This document shows positions 9,741 to 18,778 of a stretch of DNA of 64,000 bases, piece by piece (the first letter of the stretch is position 1; each line of letters starts with the position of its first letter). A model generated the notes under the pieces. It worked only from the letters and a program-made list of their open reading frames with translations, searched no databases and had not been told where the DNA came from. This DNA is from an uncultured Bacteroidales bacterium (lineage in GTDB: Bacteria > Bacteroidota > Bacteroidia > Bacteroidales > VadinHA17). The DNA lies in NCBI GenBank assembly GCA_963831855.1, contig CAWHSA010000004.1:194475-258474 (forward strand). The letters are read 5' to 3'. The position numbers were made by a program, and so were the translations under genes.

Positions 9741-10898
9741 ATGAAATGCCGGAAATCTCTGTTGACTGCAATCATTCTGCTTGCTTTTGCACCAGGTTAT
9801 TCACAGGAGCAGTCAGCATCTTCTTTCAAACCTGATCTGAATCAGGAAAATGTAAGAAGTATACTTAAAGCTGTTGCTGACTGGCAGATCAGAACCCCGC
9901 TTACACATCACCTGGCCGACTGGACAAATGGAGCATTGTATGCAGGAATGGCCGATTGGGCTGGAATTGCAGGCAATGAAACTTATTATGACTGGCTCAG
10001 AGGGATTGGTGAAAAACTTTCGTGGAATTATTATATCCAGCCGGACAAGCCATCGAGACGTTATCATGCTGACGACTACTGCGTCGGTCAGATGTATATT
10101 GAACTTTACCGGAAATATCACGACAAGAAAATGATATTGCCTGTGAGGGCATATTTTGACCAGATTCTTAAAGATCCTGCAACAGGCAGCCTTAAATTTG
10201 AAGATACAAAGAATTACTACAGGACTGAAAGGTGGTCATGGTGCGACGCTCTGTTTATGGCTCCCACAGTATGGGCCAAAATGGCAAATATCACCCATAA
10301 AGCAAAATACCTTAACTTCATGTACCAGGAGTATAAGGCTACAACTGATTACCTTTATGATAAGGATGACGATCTGTATTTCAGGGATTCAAATTATTTC
10401 ACGCGCAGGGAAGCTAACGGGGCTAAGGTATTCTGGGGACGGGGAAACGGATGGGTTTTCGCCGGCCTTCCGGTAATAATCAGGGAATTACCTTCAAAAT
10501 ATGAAAACAAGGATTACTTTGTGACTATTTTTAAGGATATGGCCGCAAAGCTAATTTCCCTGCAAGAGCCCGATGGATCATGGCATGCAAGCCTCCTTGA
10601 TCCGGGAAGTTACCCGAACCCGGAGATGAGCGCAACGGCTTTCTTCGTATTCGGTCTGGCCTGGGGAGTAGATAACGGTTATCTTGAAAAGGAGAAATAC
10701 CTTACCGCAGTGATCAACGGATGGAAATCAATGGTAATTGCCGTATGGCCTGACGGAAAGGTTGGATTCATTCAGCCTATAGGTGCTGATCCTAAAGCTG
10801 TTACACGTGAAATGACAGAAGTATATGGCATAGGAGGATTCCTGATGGCAGGTACTCAGATCTATAAAATGATTAAGAAAGGGACCATAAAAAATTGA
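9741..10898 (+). CDS. Unsaturated rhamnogalacturonyl/glucuronyl hydrolase (GH105/GH88 family), secreted
   Basis: 385-aa ORF with a signal peptide. The (alpha/alpha)6-type sequence has YHADDYCVGQ, WCDALFM and GRGNGW motifs characteristic of the YteR/YesR family. Confidence 0.8.
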   Translation: MKCRKSLLTAIILLAFAPGYSQEQSASSFKPDLNQENVRSILKAVADWQIRTPLTHHLADWTNGALYAGMADWAGIAGNETYYDWLRGIGEKLSWNYYIQPDKPSRRYHADDYCVGQMYIELYRKYHDKKMILPVRAYFDQILKDPATGSLKFEDTKNYYRTERWSWCDALFMAPTVWAKMANITHKAKYLNFMYQEYKATTDYLYDKDDDLYFRDSNYFTRREANGAKVFWGRGNGWVFAGLPVIIRELPSKYENKDYFVTIFKDMAAKLISLQEPDGSWHASLLDPGSYPNPEMSATAFFVFGLAWGVDNGYLEKEKYLTAVINGWKSMVIAVWPDGKVGFIQPIGADPKAVTREMTEVYGIGGFLMAGTQIYKMIKKGTIKN

Positions 10899-10998
10899 TA
10901 CAGATACCGGTTTAAAACTCCGGATTTCTTAGCTTATCGCCCGGAACCTGAAGCCTGTCGCCAATAATTAATGACTAACAAATTAATAAATAATATAT

Positions 10999-11835
10999 AT
11001 GAAAACTGAACTTCGATATTCCGGACATCCCCTCGATGTAAAGACCTATGATACGGAAAAGCTCCGGAAGGAATTTCTCATTGAAAAAGTCTTTATACCA
11101 GAGGACATTAATCTTGTTTATTCCCTGTACGACAGGATTATAGCAGGAGGTGCAATGCCTGTAAGAAAAACTCTGAAACTTGAGCCTGTCGAGATGGTTA
11201 AAGCGTCATTTTTTCTTGAAAGAAGAGAGATGGGGATTATAAATATTGGCGGAGAATCAATCGTGGAGACCGGAGATATTGTTTTTAAATTAGGATATAA
11301 GGAAGCCCTTTATCTCGGAAGAAGCACAAGGGATGTCGTATTTAAATCGGTAGATCCTGATAAACCGGGGAAACTGTACATTAATTCGGCACCCGCACAC
11401 CGGGAATACCCTTCGAAGAGAATTACACTGAAAGATGCTGAAGTTGTTGAAATGGGAAGTCCCGGAGAGTCAAACCACAGAACAATCAATAAACTGATTC
11501 ATACAAGTGTATTACCTACCTGCCAGCTACAAATGGGATTGACAGAACTGAAAACCGGAAGTGTATGGAACACAATGCCTGTCCATACCCATATCAGAAG
11601 GATGGAAGTCTATTTTTATTTTGAAGTACCGGAAAAGCAAGCCGTATGCCATTTTATGGGTGACCCGGACGAGACCCGCCATATCTGGATGAAAAACGAG
11701 CAGGCTGTTATATCGCCTGCCTGGAGCATTCATAGTGCTGCCGGAACTTCCAATTATACCTTTATCTGGGGAATGTGCGGTGAAAATATGGATTATGGCG
11801 ATGTGGCTTCACGTTTACCAGATACACTTAAATAA
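10999..11835 (+). CDS. kduI: 5-dehydro-4-deoxy-D-glucuronate isomerase
   Basis: 278 aa, near-colinear with E. coli KduI. Shared segments include FLERRELG-type, CQLQMGLTEL, HTHxRRMEVYFYF and YTFIWGM. Confidence 0.9.
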   Translation: MKTELRYSGHPLDVKTYDTEKLRKEFLIEKVFIPEDINLVYSLYDRIIAGGAMPVRKTLKLEPVEMVKASFFLERREMGIINIGGESIVETGDIVFKLGYKEALYLGRSTRDVVFKSVDPDKPGKLYINSAPAHREYPSKRITLKDAEVVEMGSPGESNHRTINKLIHTSVLPTCQLQMGLTELKTGSVWNTMPVHTHIRRMEVYFYFEVPEKQAVCHFMGDPDETRHIWMKNEQAVISPAWSIHSAAGTSNYTFIWGMCGENMDYGDVASRLPDTLK

Positions 11836-11928
11836 GCTATATTTTGCCTTCTTCCGGTGTAAATTACTTAAGCCATTATATAGCACAAAGGAAGAACTGC
11901 ATAGAGTGCGACCACTAAAATAAATATT

Positions 11929-12723
11929 ATGAAAGAATTATTTGACTTAACCGGGAAAATAGCTCTCGTCACCGGAGGTACGCATGGTATCGGTCTGGCT
12001 ATCGGATTGATACTGGGAAAAGCCGGAGCAAAGGTCTGTGTGAATGATCTCGATGAACAAAAGCTTAAAAAATGTAGAGATGAATTCAAAAAAGAAAGGC
12101 TTGAAGTTTATACTCTTAAATTCAATGTAACAGACGAAAAGGACGTGGATAAAGGTATATCAGACATTGAGAAAAATGCAGGGTCAGTTGATATCCTTGT
12201 TAATAATGCAGGAATTATAAAACGTATTCCGATTCTTGATATGGCCGTGTCTGATTACAAACAGGTGATAGATGTCGACCTTGTGGCTCCGTTCATTGTT
12301 TCAAAAAGGGTCGTTCCGGAAATGATAAGGAAAAGATCAGGTAAAATAATAAATATGTGCTCTATGATGAGTGTCTATGGTCGTAATACGGTATCGGCGT
12401 ATGCCTCAGCGAAAGGGGGATTAAAGCTGCTGACTCAGAATATGACCTGTGAATGGGCTAAATATAATATTCAGATCAACGGGATTGGCCCGGGCTATAT
12501 TATTACTGCACAAACCGGACCTATCAGGGAAAACGGACATCCCTTCAATGACCTGGTTATGACACGTACTCCTGCCGGGAGATGGGGCGAACCCAAAGAT
12601 GTCGCCAATGCAGCTCTTTTCCTCGCTTCGAAAGCCAGTGATTTTGTTAATGGCCATATTCTGTATGTTGATGGAGGAATCCTGGCGAACTTCGGGTATG
12701 TGAAGGGGGAAAATGAAGTTTAA
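11929..12723 (+). CDS. kduD: 2-dehydro-3-deoxy-D-gluconate 5-dehydrogenase / gluconate 5-dehydrogenase-type SDR
   Basis: 264-aa SDR with TGGTHGIG, NNAG and YASAKGG motifs, located directly downstream of kduI. Confidence 0.7.
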   Translation: MKELFDLTGKIALVTGGTHGIGLAIGLILGKAGAKVCVNDLDEQKLKKCRDEFKKERLEVYTLKFNVTDEKDVDKGISDIEKNAGSVDILVNNAGIIKRIPILDMAVSDYKQVIDVDLVAPFIVSKRVVPEMIRKRSGKIINMCSMMSVYGRNTVSAYASAKGGLKLLTQNMTCEWAKYNIQINGIGPGYIITAQTGPIRENGHPFNDLVMTRTPAGRWGEPKDVANAALFLASKASDFVNGHILYVDGGILANFGYVKGENEV

Positions 12724-12759
12724 ATGTCTGAAAGTCTGTAAAGTCTGAAAGTCCCGGAA

Positions 12760-13680
12760 TTATTTTTTATCCGGATTATCAGGATGGTCGTCAGAATAGG
12801 GCTTTGAGTAGAGATCTTCTACTTTTACCTTATCAGGTTCATTAACAGGAGAGGCAACTGTATCCGGATTTTCTTCCCGGGCTTTTCCATTGAAATAGAG
12901 AATTGTTCCAAGTAAAGGCATAACCGGGAATATAAATGCGCTTATAAGTGCGGAGAGAATTATGTAAATCGGGTTAGCTGTAAAATTCAGGATGTTCGTC
13001 ACTTCTTCAGGATTTGAAAGCGACTTGAAAAAGCTTCCTGTAAACGGTATCAGGATAAGTGATGATAATATGAAAGAAAAAACCACTATGATAAGTACTA
13101 TAACTGCAACCCATCCGAGATTCGGCCAGAAGTTCCTGTGAGCCAGTTTAAAAGTACGGCTGATAGCATTCCCGATATTAGGGCCTTCCACCATAAGTAT
13201 CGGAAGTACAAATAGATAAAGTGTTGCAATATAAAGTGCTGCAAAAAACATACCTATGACCAGCGCAAAAAAGCCAAGTATCATGGCGAATGATCCAAAA
13301 AATGCAAAGAGGATCAGTATTATCAGATAGGGAATAAGATATTTCAGTGATTTATATACAGATACGAATATACTGACATTACTGTCGACAGGATTGTATA
13401 TGATAAAGTAGTGAATAATCAGAGTGAATACCAGGCTGATCAGTGAAATATATAACATGGGCCATAAAAATTCCTTGAATTTTTCAAGAAGTGCAGCCGG
13501 ATCCGTCATGTTCACACCTGAAAAATTGAATGACGAGGATAAGTATTGGACACCGAGCGCCATTATTAGTGAAGTGGTGAACAGCACAACAAAGTTCTTT
13601 TTGTAGAAATCCCATAATGAGCTCATTACACTGTCAAGGGTGTGCTTCCTGCACAACGGGTGATTACTGAACTGATCCAT
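12760..13680 (-). CDS. Polytopic membrane protein of unknown function
   Basis: 306-aa ORF with about 6 hydrophobic segments and a charged C-terminal tail. I recognised no catalytic motif. Confidence 0.5.
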   Translation of the reverse strand: MDQFSNHPLCRKHTLDSVMSSLWDFYKKNFVVLFTTSLIMALGVQYLSSSFNFSGVNMTDPAALLEKFKEFLWPMLYISLISLVFTLIIHYFIIYNPVDSNVSIFVSVYKSLKYLIPYLIILILFAFFGSFAMILGFFALVIGMFFAALYIATLYLFVLPILMVEGPNIGNAISRTFKLAHRNFWPNLGWVAVIVLIIVVFSFILSSLILIPFTGSFFKSLSNPEEVTNILNFTANPIYIILSALISAFIFPVMPLLGTILYFNGKAREENPDTVASPVNEPDKVKVEDLYSKPYSDDHPDNPDKK

Positions 13681-13766
13681 ATTTTATAATTTATTTTTAT
13701 CAAATTTAACTATAAATTTTTAACTCCAAACTTTAGTCATTTTAATCACTATAGTTACTCCTGCCT

Positions 13767-14366
13767 TTATTTTCCCTTCCTCCATTGTCTTAATATATTG
13801 CTGAAAGGAAAAATCGTATTCTGTTTTTTAGGGGGGAATATACCCTCATTTACGGCTTTAATATCTTCAATAGTATAAAAGGCTTTTGGATTAAACCTGT
13901 TAATAATTTCAAGAACATTTCCCAGATTATTCCTTTGAACAATCGTATAAATAAGCTGTACATCTTCCCTGGCTCCCCTGGCTTGTACCGTCGTGGCTCC
14001 ATATCCCTGATCGTTAAGGATTTGCGCCAGTTCATCGCTTTTCTCATATGTGAATACCCTTATCATCTGGATTCCCATTGCAAGCTTTTCTTCTATGATC
14101 ATGCCAATAAAATTTCCTGATGCGAATCCGGCAGCATAGGCAATATAATTTATATAATTATCAAGATTCTGCATGATCTTGCTTATTGCAGTGATCCAGA
14201 TAAGCACCTCAAAAAAGCCCAGGAAAGGTGCAATGTATTTTTTCCCCTTGGAAACAAATATTATCCTCATTGTTCCTATTGAAACATCACAGATCCTTGC
14301 CAGGAATATTAGCAGTGGCAAAAGAAAATAACTGAAAAGATCCGAATCAAAAAATGATTGTTCCAT
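13767..14366 (-). CDS. UPF0316 / DUF2179-family membrane protein
   Basis: 199 aa with three N-terminal TM segments followed by a small soluble alpha/beta domain. The CDVSIGTMRIIF motif is typical of UPF0316 proteins. Confidence 0.65.
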   Translation of the reverse strand: MEQSFFDSDLFSYFLLPLLIFLARICDVSIGTMRIIFVSKGKKYIAPFLGFFEVLIWITAISKIMQNLDNYINYIAYAAGFASGNFIGMIIEEKLAMGIQMIRVFTYEKSDELAQILNDQGYGATTVQARGAREDVQLIYTIVQRNNLGNVLEIINRFNPKAFYTIEDIKAVNEGIFPPKKQNTIFPFSNILRQWRKGK

Positions 14367-14427
14367 AGTATTCTGAATTATGATGAGGTCAAAGATAGGT
14401 ATTACGACTTAACGGCACAACGGTGCA

Positions 14428-14498
14428 ATTGCGCCCTGTGCCATTGCGCCACTGTGCCATTTCGCCACTGTGCCACTGTGCCATTGCGCCATTGCGCC
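14428..14498. repeat. Degenerate 8-bp tandem repeat (A[CT]T[GT][CT]GCC), about 9 units
   Basis: Direct reading gives attgcgcc ctgtgcc attgcgcc actgtgcc atttcgcc actgtgcc actgtgcc attgcgcc attgcgcc. It sits in the divergent intergenic region between the UPF0316 gene and truA. Confidence 0.85.
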
Positions 14499-14534
14499 AT
14501 TTTCTCTATCTTTGATTCCTTATATTATAGAGGT

Positions 14535-15311
14535 ATGAGCCGTTTTAAGCTGACAATCGAGTATGAAGGGACCCGTTATTCAGGATGGCAGATGCAGAAG
14601 GGGGGAAGGTCTGTTCAGGGTGAATTAGTAGATGCATGCCGTGAATTGTTTGAAAACAAAGTAATAGATTTATATGGTGCAGGCAGGACGGATGGAGGGG
14701 TTCACGCTGCGGGTCAGGTGGCTCATCTCGATGTTGAAACCAACCTCGATCTGCTAAAAATTAAATATGGAATTAACGACAGGCTGCCTCCGGATATTTC
14801 AGTAATAGATGTTGAGCATGCTGCTCCTGATTTTCATGCGCGGCATGATGCAGTTGCCCGAAGCTATGTTTACCAGATAAGCAGGAGAAGAACAGCCTTC
14901 GGGAAAAAATTTGTCTGGTGGATAAAGGACCAGCTATCGGCTGATAATATGAATAAGGCTGCGGAACAATATATTGGTCTGAAGGATTACAGGAATTTTA
15001 CAGATCCTGAACAGGAGCAGGGATCTGCTAAAACGAATATTATTTTAGCGGAAGTCAGGGAATTCGGAGATCTTATAGTATTCCATGTTATTGGCTCTCA
15101 TTTCCTCTGGAAGCAGGTGCGCCGGATGACCGGAGTCCTGGTTGAAGCCGGGCGCGGCAAATTATCTCCTGAAGAAGTTTCCTCTTTTTTTAAGGGAACA
15201 ACAGATATTCCTGCAAAACTTACTGCTCCCCCCAGCGGATTATTTCTTGAAAAGGTTTATTACAGAAAAGAAGATATCGTTCTCAGAACCCAGCCGGTAA
15301 TCAATATCTGA
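14535..15311 (+). CDS. truA: tRNA pseudouridine(38-40) synthase
   Basis: MSRFKLTIEYEGTRYSGWQMQ and the catalytic GAGRTDGGVHA motif. The longer ORF starting at 14358 only translates the upstream tandem repeat. Confidence 0.9.
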   Translation: MSRFKLTIEYEGTRYSGWQMQKGGRSVQGELVDACRELFENKVIDLYGAGRTDGGVHAAGQVAHLDVETNLDLLKIKYGINDRLPPDISVIDVEHAAPDFHARHDAVARSYVYQISRRRTAFGKKFVWWIKDQLSADNMNKAAEQYIGLKDYRNFTDPEQEQGSAKTNIILAEVREFGDLIVFHVIGSHFLWKQVRRMTGVLVEAGRGKLSPEEVSSFFKGTTDIPAKLTAPPSGLFLEKVYYRKEDIVLRTQPVINI

Positions 15312-15375
15312 TAATCCATCCCTGTTAATTTAACAATTATTACGTGCAGCCAGAGGTTCGGTTACAAAATGCCAA

Positions 15376-15810
15376 TCAGTTATACTTTAATCTTAGATTT
15401 ACCTTATTATTATTTACATAATAGCATGGATCATCACATGAATTCTTATCATATTTTACATGAGGTGAAACAGCATCAATTGCAACATATTGATTTCCGT
15501 GGCCCGGATTATAGGTGGCAGTTACTGTGTAATATCTGTTGGCAGGAACAACGACGCTGAATTCCTCAGTATGGACCAGAGCTGTATAATATAAAACATT
15601 ATCCTCCAGCCTGCCCTCATAAATATTAATCCGGACACCTCCATACCTTACATCGATTTTTAAAATTATATTTACTTCTGCGGGATCATTTGCAGTACAT
15701 TCATTACAATCAACTGTGAGAGTACTTAACTCTTCGCATGAAAACATGAATGCCAACAGGATAAGTGCAGAAATTCCTGCAAAGTTTCTTATATAAGTTT
15801 TCAGTACCAT
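15376..15810 (-). CDS. Small lipoprotein, unknown function
   Basis: 144 aa with a signal peptide and lipobox-like FMFSC. It overlaps the upstream ankyrin gene by 10 nt on the same strand. Confidence 0.5.
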   Translation of the reverse strand: MVLKTYIRNFAGISALILLAFMFSCEELSTLTVDCNECTANDPAEVNIILKIDVRYGGVRINIYEGRLEDNVLYYTALVHTEEFSVVVPANRYYTVTATYNPGHGNQYVAIDAVSPHVKYDKNSCDDPCYYVNNNKVNLRLKYN

Positions 15811-17291
15811 CTGATAATCTTACCCGGGGCTCTTGAATTGTCAAAATAAAAATTGTAAGCAAAGCCAATCCTTGCCCATAGAGGCCCGATTTTATTAAAA
15901 CCGCTCCTTGAATATTCCAAACCTGTGAATAAAAAATAATTATTCCGGGTCCATTTAAATCCTAACCCGGGAATAATTTTAAATTTTTCAGCGGGAGCTA
16001 TGTCGGTGCCCTTAAACTTATTGCCGAACGAGTATCCAAATGACAAAGTTGTATAGAATGATTTGTTTCCTCTCAATATATTATTTGTCAGCGGAAACTC
16101 CTTGAAAACACCTGCATAAACCACCGAGCTTTTATCTCTGTACTGATAATAAAGATCATCTGATTCTTTGGATAATACCCTTGTATACCAGAGTTTTGTG
16201 TCGGCGCCTGCCATAAATCCGATGTTTGTCAGCGGTTCCTTGAAATTAAAGGCAAACCCGGTATATAAATCATGAAAGCATAACCTGGATGATGCAGAAA
16301 CAGCTATCTGATCGAACCTGAAGTTGAATCCCTGCCGTAAATTGCTCTTGTCCAGAATTTCGATAATATCTTTTCTTCCGTACTTTACCGCAATGGAGTA
16401 GGGATTTATTAAATCCGATCCGGAATCGGTCCATTTATCACCTTTATTCAGCAGGTAGAGAGTTGCATCCTTCTGATCGGATTTAATTGACAGGCATAAT
16501 GCATTCCACCCGTAGAGGTTTTTTTCATAGATATCAACGCCATTTTTAATAAGCAGGCCAAGCGACAGTGTATCGCCGTTCTGACCTGCAATTAAAAAGG
16601 GAGTAAATCCCAAATTATCCCTTGCTTCAATATTGGCACCGTTCCGGATCAGCAGATCCTCAATATCAGGATAACCTGACCAGGCAGCTGACATAAGGGG
16701 AGAACTCCCGTCATTTGCCTTTTTATTAATGTCGGCTCCATAGTATATAAGGAGGTCGACAAAAGAAATCAATCCATAAATTGAAGAGTAATTAATTGGG
16801 GTAACTCCTGATTTATCCTGAAAATCTATATCGGCACCGGCTCTTATCAGCGCTTCAGCAATCTCCAGATAATGATGGTTGATTCCGATATTCTCCAGTT
16901 GTAGGCCCTGGTAGACTTTCTGATTTTCTGTTTTTATTGCAATTAAAAGTGGTGTCTGTCCGTCAGCAGTAACTTTATTGGGGTCAGCATCATAATTTAA
17001 TAGGACCTTAACTGCATTTAACCTGTCATTTGCAACTGCAAATATGAGTGGGGTAGCCCCTTCAGAAGACTCAGAATTCACATCGGCACCCATATAGATA
17101 AGCCTCTCAATCTCTTTCTCATAACCCCTCTGTGCTGCGACCATCAGATTATAATCCAGGGCTCCTTCATAAAAAAGAGGTAAATATCCTGAAGTATCTA
17201 TTTTGACATTCTGGGCGGTCATCCTCAATGGGAAAAAGAAGATGATACCGGCTGTAAAGAATATTAAGATTGTGACTTTTGTCAGCTTCAT
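15801..17291 (-). CDS. Ankyrin-repeat protein with C-terminal beta-barrel-like domain
   Basis: 496 aa with a signal peptide and multiple ANK repeats (G-TPL--A---G/N-------LL--GAD). The C-terminal ~170 aa has alternating hydrophobic beta-strand character and ends in an aromatic residue (IIRWY). Confidence 0.75.
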   Translation of the reverse strand: MKLTKVTILIFFTAGIIFFFPLRMTAQNVKIDTSGYLPLFYEGALDYNLMVAAQRGYEKEIERLIYMGADVNSESSEGATPLIFAVANDRLNAVKVLLNYDADPNKVTADGQTPLLIAIKTENQKVYQGLQLENIGINHHYLEIAEALIRAGADIDFQDKSGVTPINYSSIYGLISFVDLLIYYGADINKKANDGSSPLMSAAWSGYPDIEDLLIRNGANIEARDNLGFTPFLIAGQNGDTLSLGLLIKNGVDIYEKNLYGWNALCLSIKSDQKDATLYLLNKGDKWTDSGSDLINPYSIAVKYGRKDIIEILDKSNLRQGFNFRFDQIAVSASSRLCFHDLYTGFAFNFKEPLTNIGFMAGADTKLWYTRVLSKESDDLYYQYRDKSSVVYAGVFKEFPLTNNILRGNKSFYTTLSFGYSFGNKFKGTDIAPAEKFKIIPGLGFKWTRNNYFLFTGLEYSRSGFNKIGPLWARIGFAYNFYFDNSRAPGKIIRWY

Positions 17292-17455
17292 ACATACAAA
17301 GTTAATTTTTTGATCCTTTTATTTCATATCGGGAAAACAAATATTGACAATTAATTGTACTTCGGATAGTTAATATCATTTAAGAAAATTTAATTTTTTT
17401 ACACACTGCCAAATAGATTACTTGTTATTTTTGTCACTGAGAAACAAGGAGACCT

Positions 17456-18778
17456 TTGACCCGATTAAAGAAAATATTGCTGATTACCCTCGTCGTTTCT
17501 GTTGTCACCTATAATCCGGGAGCCACAGAAAAGAATAGTGTGGCCTCGGAAAAGCTTATCCCGGGAAATGTCAGGCTGACAAATGATAACTCATCAGGAA
17601 GGGAATTTGCAGATGCAGCACGAACCATAAATTCCTTTATGCATAAATGGTCGATTTCCGGAGCTTCAGTGGCCATCGCAAAGGACGGCAGGCTGGTATA
17701 CGCAAGCGGATTCGGCTTTTCAGATACTGCGACCTGTGAAAAAGTTCAGCCTTATCATAAATTCAGGATTGCCAGCATTTCCAAGCTGGTTACAGCTGTG
17801 TCGATAATGAAGCTTGTGGAAGAGGGCAGGCTCTCACTCAATGACAGGGTATTTGGACCTGATGCAATCCTGGATGATCCATATTTCAGGGACCCGAAGG
17901 ATAAAAGGGTATTTGGCATCACAATTGCCCACCTTCTCAGCCACGAAGGCGGATGGTCTCAAAGATGGGGCGATCAGATGTTTATGCCTCTGGTCGTTGC
18001 GGATAAAATGGGAGTCAAGCCACCCGCGGATATAAGGACCATAATAAGGTTTGTACTTGACAAAAGGCTCCATTTTACTCCGGGAACAGGTAAGGCATAT
18101 TCAAATCTCGGATATAGCATACTTGGTCTTGTAATTGAAAAGGTTTCGGGGATGCCATATGAGACATATTGCAAAAAGGCTGTCCTGGAGCCACTTGGAA
18201 TATATGATATGACTCTTGCCCACAATCTTCCTGCCGATAAAGCTCCCTTCGAGGTGACTTATTATGAACCTTCGGATGTGTTGTTAAAACCATCCATTTA
18301 CGGAACCGGAGAACTGGTATCACCTACATATGGGGGAAACGATATTGAAGCCCTGGGAGGTGCCGGGGCATGGCTCGCCACTGCGCCGGACCTCCTTCGT
18401 CTTATGCTTGCTGTCGATGGAATATCAACACCTAAAGATATTCTTTCCGGAGAGAGTATAAAGTTTATGACGGATAATGAGAACGGATCTGCCCCGGTAG
18501 GATGGAAGACCACTGCATATAACGGAACATGGTGGAGAACGGGTTCATTCCCCGGAAGTGCAGGAATGATGAAACGGCAATCTGATGGATTCGAATGGGT
18601 TGTCCTTTTTAATTCCAGTGCCTGGAATGGTCCGGATATATACTCCTATATCAACAACATGATGTACAGGGTGATAGTACAAGTCAAACGATGGCCTGAT
18701 ATTGACCTTTTTGAATATTCACTTCCGGTCCCGCTAAATTCCACCTTGCCTGATTCATTATATTTATCTTCAAAATAA
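17456..18778 (+). CDS. Serine hydrolase, beta-lactamase/PBP-like (class C type) family
   Basis: 440 aa with an N-terminal hydrophobic segment, the S-x-x-K motif (ASISKLV) and a downstream YSN motif (AYSNLGY). Confidence 0.8.
   Translation: MTRLKKILLITLVVSVVTYNPGATEKNSVASEKLIPGNVRLTNDNSSGREFADAARTINSFMHKWSISGASVAIAKDGRLVYASGFGFSDTATCEKVQPYHKFRIASISKLVTAVSIMKLVEEGRLSLNDRVFGPDAILDDPYFRDPKDKRVFGITIAHLLSHEGGWSQRWGDQMFMPLVVADKMGVKPPADIRTIIRFVLDKRLHFTPGTGKAYSNLGYSILGLVIEKVSGMPYETYCKKAVLEPLGIYDMTLAHNLPADKAPFEVTYYEPSDVLLKPSIYGTGELVSPTYGGNDIEALGGAGAWLATAPDLLRLMLAVDGISTPKDILSGESIKFMTDNENGSAPVGWKTTAYNGTWWRTGSFPGSAGMMKRQSDGFEWVVLFNSSAWNGPDIYSYINNMMYRVIVQVKRWPDIDLFEYSLPVPLNSTLPDSLYLSSK

Noticed and set aside
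10899-10998. ccgg...ccgg and cgcc-containing words after the GH105 stop as a terminator or repeat element
   Set aside because: Only 4-bp complementary arms and no clear periodicity, so it is indistinguishable from chance.
14428-14498. Possible CRISPR array
   Set aside because: The units are 8 bp, contiguous and without spacers, and there are no cas genes. It is a simple tandem repeat.
14358-14534. N-terminal 59-aa extension of the truA ORF (…CNCALCHCATVPFRHCATVPLRHCAIF…)
   Set aside because: This is the translation of the 8-bp tandem DNA repeat. The conserved TruA sequence starts at the Met at 14535, preceded by an AT-rich leader.
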